This document shows, piece after piece, positions 59,903-64,000 of a stretch of DNA of 64,000 nucleotides; position 1 is the first letter of the stretch; every line of letters begins with the position of its first letter. This DNA is from Candidatus Thorarchaeota archaeon (lineage in GTDB: Archaea; Asgardarchaeota; Thorarchaeia; Thorarchaeales; Thorarchaeaceae), in contig JAGSHN010000020.1 in the NCBI GenBank assembly GCA_029855935.1, forward strand, positions 88,471-152,470. The letters run 5' to 3'. The translations under genes were made by a program, and so were the position numbers. The notes below the pieces were generated by a model, which was given only the letters and a program-made list of their open reading frames with translations, was not told the DNA's origin and did not search any database.

Positions 59903-61492
59903 TCAGTAGCCCGCCGCCTGACCGTCCTTCCGGTGGTCCGAGCCTGTCATCCACACCTCGTCCAGTCTCATGATAGCCTGACCCCCGCCAAAGCCGCTCA
60001 TCGTCTCATGTACAAGGCGGTGACCCTTCCTCCTGAGCAGGCCCTGAACGTACGACGGAATCCCGCTCTCAATGGCGACCGTGTTGTTCTTCTGGTCGTG
60101 GTGGAATCGTGGAAATTCGAGTGCCTCCTGAGGCGTCATTCGGTAGTCAACGAGGTTGGATACGAACTGTGCGTGAGCCTGTGCCTGATGAGCGCCCCCC
60201 ATTATGCCAAAGACGCCATACAGATCTCCCTCCCTGTACAGCGCGCCCGGTATGATCGTGTGGAACGGTCGCTTGCGTGGGGCATAGCAGTTGGGATGGG
60301 AGGGGTCGAGCGAGAAGAGCGCACCACGATTCTGGAGCTTGATGCCCGTCCCAGGGACGACCAGACCACTGCCAAAGCCCGTGTATAGACTGTTGATGAA
60401 GGACACCGCCATACCCGAACCATCGGCGGTGGCGAGGTAGACGGTGTCGTCGCCCAGTGGGATACCTGAGGAAGGTGGTGTCATCGCCGAGTCCATGTCA
60501 ATCAGCGATGCCCGCTCCCGTACGTAGTCTGCTGATAGCAACCTGTCAAGCGGTATTCGATGGAACTCGGGATCGCAGTTGTGCTGATAGAGGTCCGCAT
60601 AGGCCAGCTTCTTTGCCTCTATCATAATGTGAAGCCGACCTGGGTCCCGCGGAACGAGTCTCGACAGCTCGAACTCGCTCATCATCCTCAGCATAATCAG
60701 TGCAGCGAAGCCCTGTCCGTTCGGAGGATGCTCGAAGACCTCCACATCACCGTAGGGAACACTCACTGGCGCAGTCTGCACTGTCGCGTGACGCTCAAGA
60801 TCCTCAACCGTGATTGAGCCTCCGTGCTGCTGAACAGTATCGACTATCTGCTGAGCTATCTCGCCAGCGTAGAACGCCTCAATCCCCTCACGTGCGACTG
60901 TCTCAAAGGTCTGAGCGAGATCGGGATTTCTCATCACCTCCCCCATCACCGGCGCCCGACCGTCGATGGCAAAGACCCGTCTGGCCTCGTCGTTCTGCAG
61001 AACGGGGACTAGGAGATCCCAGTACTGGGCGACTAGCGGAGAAACAGGAAACCCCTCACGAGCATACCGGATGGCTGGTGCCAGAACTTCGCTGAACTCA
61101 AGCCTGCCGTACTCCTTGTTTAGAGTGTACCAGAGATGCAGTGCGCCCGGTACTGTGACAGGGACCCCGCCTCTGAGTGGCATCTCGGTCCAGCCACGTT
61201 CCAGAAGGTCCTCAAGTTCGAAGAGCGAGCCTGAGCGACCCGAGCCATTGAATGCAAGAGGCGAGTCGCGACCAGGAACGTGCACAAGCGCAAAGGCATC
61301 CCCGCCACATCCCGTGGAGAAAGGCTCCACAACATCGAGCACCGCTGCTGCCGCCACAGCCGCATCTACGGCATTCCCGCCTTCTCTCATCACCTGAAGG
61401 CCTGCTTGTGTAGCGAGAGGCTGAGATGTGGCGACCATAGCGTGTGCTGCCAGCACATCAGAACGACCTGTCCACCGGCGCCAGAAGACCAT
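59903..61492 (-). CDS. ggt: Gamma-glutamyltransferase
   Basis: GGNAVDAAVA, GGD.F, VPG, PPNGQG, DTVY (Thr nucleophile), GFGSG, RPFHTIIP and SDHRKDG. Confidence 0.95.
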   Translation of the reverse strand: MVFWRRWTGRSDVLAAHAMVATSQPLATQAGLQVMREGGNAVDAAVAAAAVLDVVEPFSTGCGGDAFALVHVPGRDSPLAFNGSGRSGSLFELEDLLERGWTEMPLRGGVPVTVPGALHLWYTLNKEYGRLEFSEVLAPAIRYAREGFPVSPLVAQYWDLLVPVLQNDEARRVFAIDGRAPVMGEVMRNPDLAQTFETVAREGIEAFYAGEIAQQIVDTVQQHGGSITVEDLERHATVQTAPVSVPYGDVEVFEHPPNGQGFAALIMLRMMSEFELSRLVPRDPGRLHIMIEAKKLAYADLYQHNCDPEFHRIPLDRLLSADYVRERASLIDMDSAMTPPSSGIPLGDDTVYLATADGSGMAVSFINSLYTGFGSGLVVPGTGIKLQNRGALFSLDPSHPNCYAPRKRPFHTIIPGALYREGDLYGVFGIMGGAHQAQAHAQFVSNLVDYRMTPQEALEFPRFHHDQKNNTVAIESGIPSYVQGLLRRKGHRLVHETMSGFGGGQAIMRLDEVWMTGSDHRKDGQAAGY

Positions 61493-61635
61493 CTTGAAAC
61501 GTTCCTTTCCTTGACTGAGAGACGGACTAGGCCGGTCCTGATATTTGTCTCACTGCGTAGGCAGATGTGCAGTGAGAGCTACGATAATATAGTCAGCGTG
61601 CAGCGCGCTGGACCTGAGGCCAGAGGGAGCACCAG

Positions 61636-62721
61636 ATGAACTATCATCTCGTCCTGACACGCAGATGCAACCTCAACTGCGAGTACTGCCACGGCGGAGA
61701 GGAGAACGGTCCCGACACCGAAGTGCAGTACTCTTTGGACGACCTTGCGAGGTTTATAGAGAGAGACAGTGATCCTCAGATAATGATGTATGGCGGTGAG
61801 CCAACTATCAGAATCCCTCAGATGATGAGGGTGATGGACCGGTTTCCGAACGCGCGGTTCATGCTCCAGACCAACGCACTGAGACTGAACCTCATACCCC
61901 CTGACTATGTGAAGAGATTCCATTCCATCCTGGTGTCCATCGATGGACGAGAACACGTGACAGACGGGTACCGATCCAGGGGAGTGTACAGGAGAGTCCT
62001 TGAGAACGTCAGGTGGCTCAGGCGAGTCGGCTATCGGGGAGACATCGTCGCCAGGATGGCAGTTTCCGAACAGACGGACATCTATCTCGATGTCCGACAC
62101 CTGCTTGACCTTGAGGATCCAAGATTCGACCATATTCACTGGCAGCTCAATGTCATCTGGGATGCTGAGGGCAACTGGACGGACTTTGACGGATGGGTGC
62201 GTGACAGCTACGTCCCCGGAATCTCTCGTCTGGCCACCGAGTGGGTGGACAGGATGGAGGAGGAGGGTGTGATCGAGGGCATCGTTCCGTTCCTCCCACT
62301 GATGTATTCCCTCCTCACCCACAGGCCCTCAAGGCTCAGGTGCGGCTCAGGCCTTGACACCTTTGCGATTCACGTTGATGGGAGAATCGGGGTATGTCCG
62401 ATATCTCCTGACTGGGACTTCTCAATCGTCGGGGACATCTATCGTACGCACCCAGAGGAGTTGAGGGACATTATGACGGTCGACGAGCCGTGTCCCTCCT
62501 GCGAGGTGTACTGGATCTGCGGAGGCCGTTGCCTCTTCGCCAACAAACAGCGGCTCTGGGGTGAGAGCGGGTTTAGAAAGGTGTGTGACACCGTGAAACA
62601 CCTGATATGTGATCTCAAGCGAGAGGTACCGAGGGTGAGGAACCTGATAGGCAAGGGACGTCTCCGAAAAGAGGACTTCAACTATCCAGAGTACAACAAC
62701 GGCTGCGAGATAATCCCCTGA
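61636..62721 (+). CDS. Radical SAM/SPASM protein (archaeal putative peptide-modifying type, AF0577-like)
   Basis: CNLNCEYC, YGGEP, SPASM cysteines CGSG..CP..CPSC....CGGRC..C and C-terminal GCEIIP. Confidence 0.88.
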   Translation: MNYHLVLTRRCNLNCEYCHGGEENGPDTEVQYSLDDLARFIERDSDPQIMMYGGEPTIRIPQMMRVMDRFPNARFMLQTNALRLNLIPPDYVKRFHSILVSIDGREHVTDGYRSRGVYRRVLENVRWLRRVGYRGDIVARMAVSEQTDIYLDVRHLLDLEDPRFDHIHWQLNVIWDAEGNWTDFDGWVRDSYVPGISRLATEWVDRMEEEGVIEGIVPFLPLMYSLLTHRPSRLRCGSGLDTFAIHVDGRIGVCPISPDWDFSIVGDIYRTHPEELRDIMTVDEPCPSCEVYWICGGRCLFANKQRLWGESGFRKVCDTVKHLICDLKREVPRVRNLIGKGRLRKEDFNYPEYNNGCEIIP

Positions 62722-62736
62722 AGACCGCCCAGCTGC

Positions 62737-63252
62737 TCACAGAGGCTCTTCTTCAACTATCTCTTCTTCACAGAGGTCCTTCTGCATAACGACTATCTCC
62801 TCGCCCTCGCGGACAAGTCTCCCAGTCTCCTTGTAGCCAAGTCGGTTATAGAAGTCCCTCTGCTCCTCAATCACGCCATAGACCTCTATCTCGATGCACT
62901 TCGCCCCCATATGATTCAGAAGATTCTCAGCATATTCAACAAGTGCGGTGCCTATCCTCCTACCTCTGTATGCCTTCCTCACAGCGACTCGGCTGATTGT
63001 TCCTACGCCGCCGTGCAGAACCACCCGCATCGTGCCGACAATCTCATTGCCGACGATGGCCACATAGACGTTCCCCATCTGGATGTGGCGGGCAATCTTG
63101 TCGAGACCCTCTCTCAGAGCACCGGGCTCACGCGAAAGCTTTCTCTTGACTCCCGCGTACGCCTCCCTGATGATAGCCCGGACCGCCTCGACCTCGCCAA
63201 TCTCAGCTCTGCGTACGAGTATGTCGGCGTAGTTGTAAATTGCTGATACCAC
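62737..63252 (-). CDS. GNAT family N-acetyltransferase
   Basis: RVAV...YRGRRIGTAL and FY.RLGY. Confidence 0.9.
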   Translation of the reverse strand: MVSAIYNYADILVRRAEIGEVEAVRAIIREAYAGVKRKLSREPGALREGLDKIARHIQMGNVYVAIVGNEIVGTMRVVLHGGVGTISRVAVRKAYRGRRIGTALVEYAENLLNHMGAKCIEIEVYGVIEEQRDFYNRLGYKETGRLVREGEEIVVMQKDLCEEEIVEEEPL

Positions 63253-63344
63253 CTTTTGAACGGTCTCTTGTGCTCACAATCGCATTGACCAAACATAAAT
63301 CTGGCGTTGTAGCGCCGAAGACAGACATTCGTAGTGGGACCACC

Positions 63345-63830
63345 ATGGTCTCGATTCTACAACCTGATGAAAGACCCAGACAACGGACGGCTGGTCCTCT
63401 CAAGAGCAAGTGAGACGCAGACCACGTCGTCATCAACGGCGGGGCGGTACGGTCGCCTGAGATGGAGGCGCTGGTGGCAATGCGCCAGCATGTGCCAGTC
63501 GGACCCGCTGCCTACGGCGTGCGAGAGGATGAGGCCTGCGACATTAGGACTCCCAACTCCACAGAGCTTGGAGGCAGAGTTGGCACGGCCCTTGTTGACA
63601 TTACCGAGAATGCAGTAAGGGAGGCCCGATGTTCACGCACAGTAGTCACCACGATGAATGACAATCTACGCGCGCTGAGATTCTACCGGAAAATAGGCTG
63701 TGGACTGAGGCAGCCGGGGGCTCGTGGTGTTGGAGAGGCAAGACACGCGAAGCCGCAGATTCCCGCAACGGGATTGTACGGGATCCCGGTAGGAGATAGA
63801 GCTGGAAAAGCGTCTTTAGGGTTTCTTGTC
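63345..63830 (+). pseudogene. Degraded GNAT acetyltransferase
   Basis: ATG 63345 with in-frame TGA at 63411. Retains VGTAL, TT.NDNLRALRFY.K.G and KPQIP..G..GIP, with an apparent frameshift near 63795. Confidence 0.6.
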
Positions 63831-63907
63831 GCAACATGCAACACAGGCTGCGTCGGTTCTGCACAGGTTTAAATCCTCTCCGTGCAAAGGTCAGCCGAGG
63901 TGCTGAG

Positions 63908-64000
63908 ATGCCGGAAAAGAAGGACAAGGACGAAACCGTCAGTTCCGAAAAGCTCTCCTCGAAGGATGTGAAGGAGATTGAAAGAGGTCTCTGCAACACG
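63908..64000 (+). CDS. 5' fragment of a CDS running off the window
   Basis: GAGGTG RBS then MPEKKDKDETVSSEKLSSKDVKEIERGLCNT; TTTAAA at about 63868. Confidence 0.5.
   Translation, partial: MPEKKDKDETVSSEKLSSKDVKEIERGLCNT

Noticed and set aside
278-63999. Numerous overlapping and antisense ORFs in the track (e.g. 6311-7141, 12900-13547, 14755-15402, 37661-38500, 61579-62322)
   Set aside because: They are shadow ORFs of well-supported genes in GC-rich DNA and carry no family motifs.

Overview
Archaeal chromosomal segment of roughly 55-60% GC by eye. Archaeal markers include TBP, type-2 IDI and PurP. A 7TM-longin/roadblock-like fusion, a WD40/helical protein and a divergent tubulin/FtsZ homolog suggest an Asgard archaeon, possibly Thorarchaeia; this taxonomy is inference. 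Housekeeping content includes a 10-gene purine cluster (purN-purF-purP-purP-purC/S-purQ-purL-purE/M-purD-guaA), lipid and acyl-CoA enzymes, a Sir2 and an HDAC-family deacetylase, a site-2 protease and GGT. Three loci stand out. (1) An apparent operon at 20759-25931 encodes an 896-aa helical protein, a divergent tubulin/FtsZ GTPase and an unknown helical protein, and sits head-to-head with a WD40 propeller + MIT/TPR-like + coiled-coil gene. (2) A 57-aa multi-core peptide gene at 8407-8580 has repeat copies that differ almost only synonymously, and lies upstream of a membrane-tethered winged-HTH regulator and a large membrane protein. (3) An AT-richer island at about 50.3-55.2 kb carries a membrane-anchored NPPY methyltransferase and a PPDK homolog with an altered pyruvate site. 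Also present are a decaying kdgK-eda pair, a circularly permuted family-5 solute-binding protein and a C39-like/rSAM-SPASM neighbourhood. No rRNA, tRNA, CRISPR array or transposase was recognised. All family assignments come from motif recognition by eye, not database searches.
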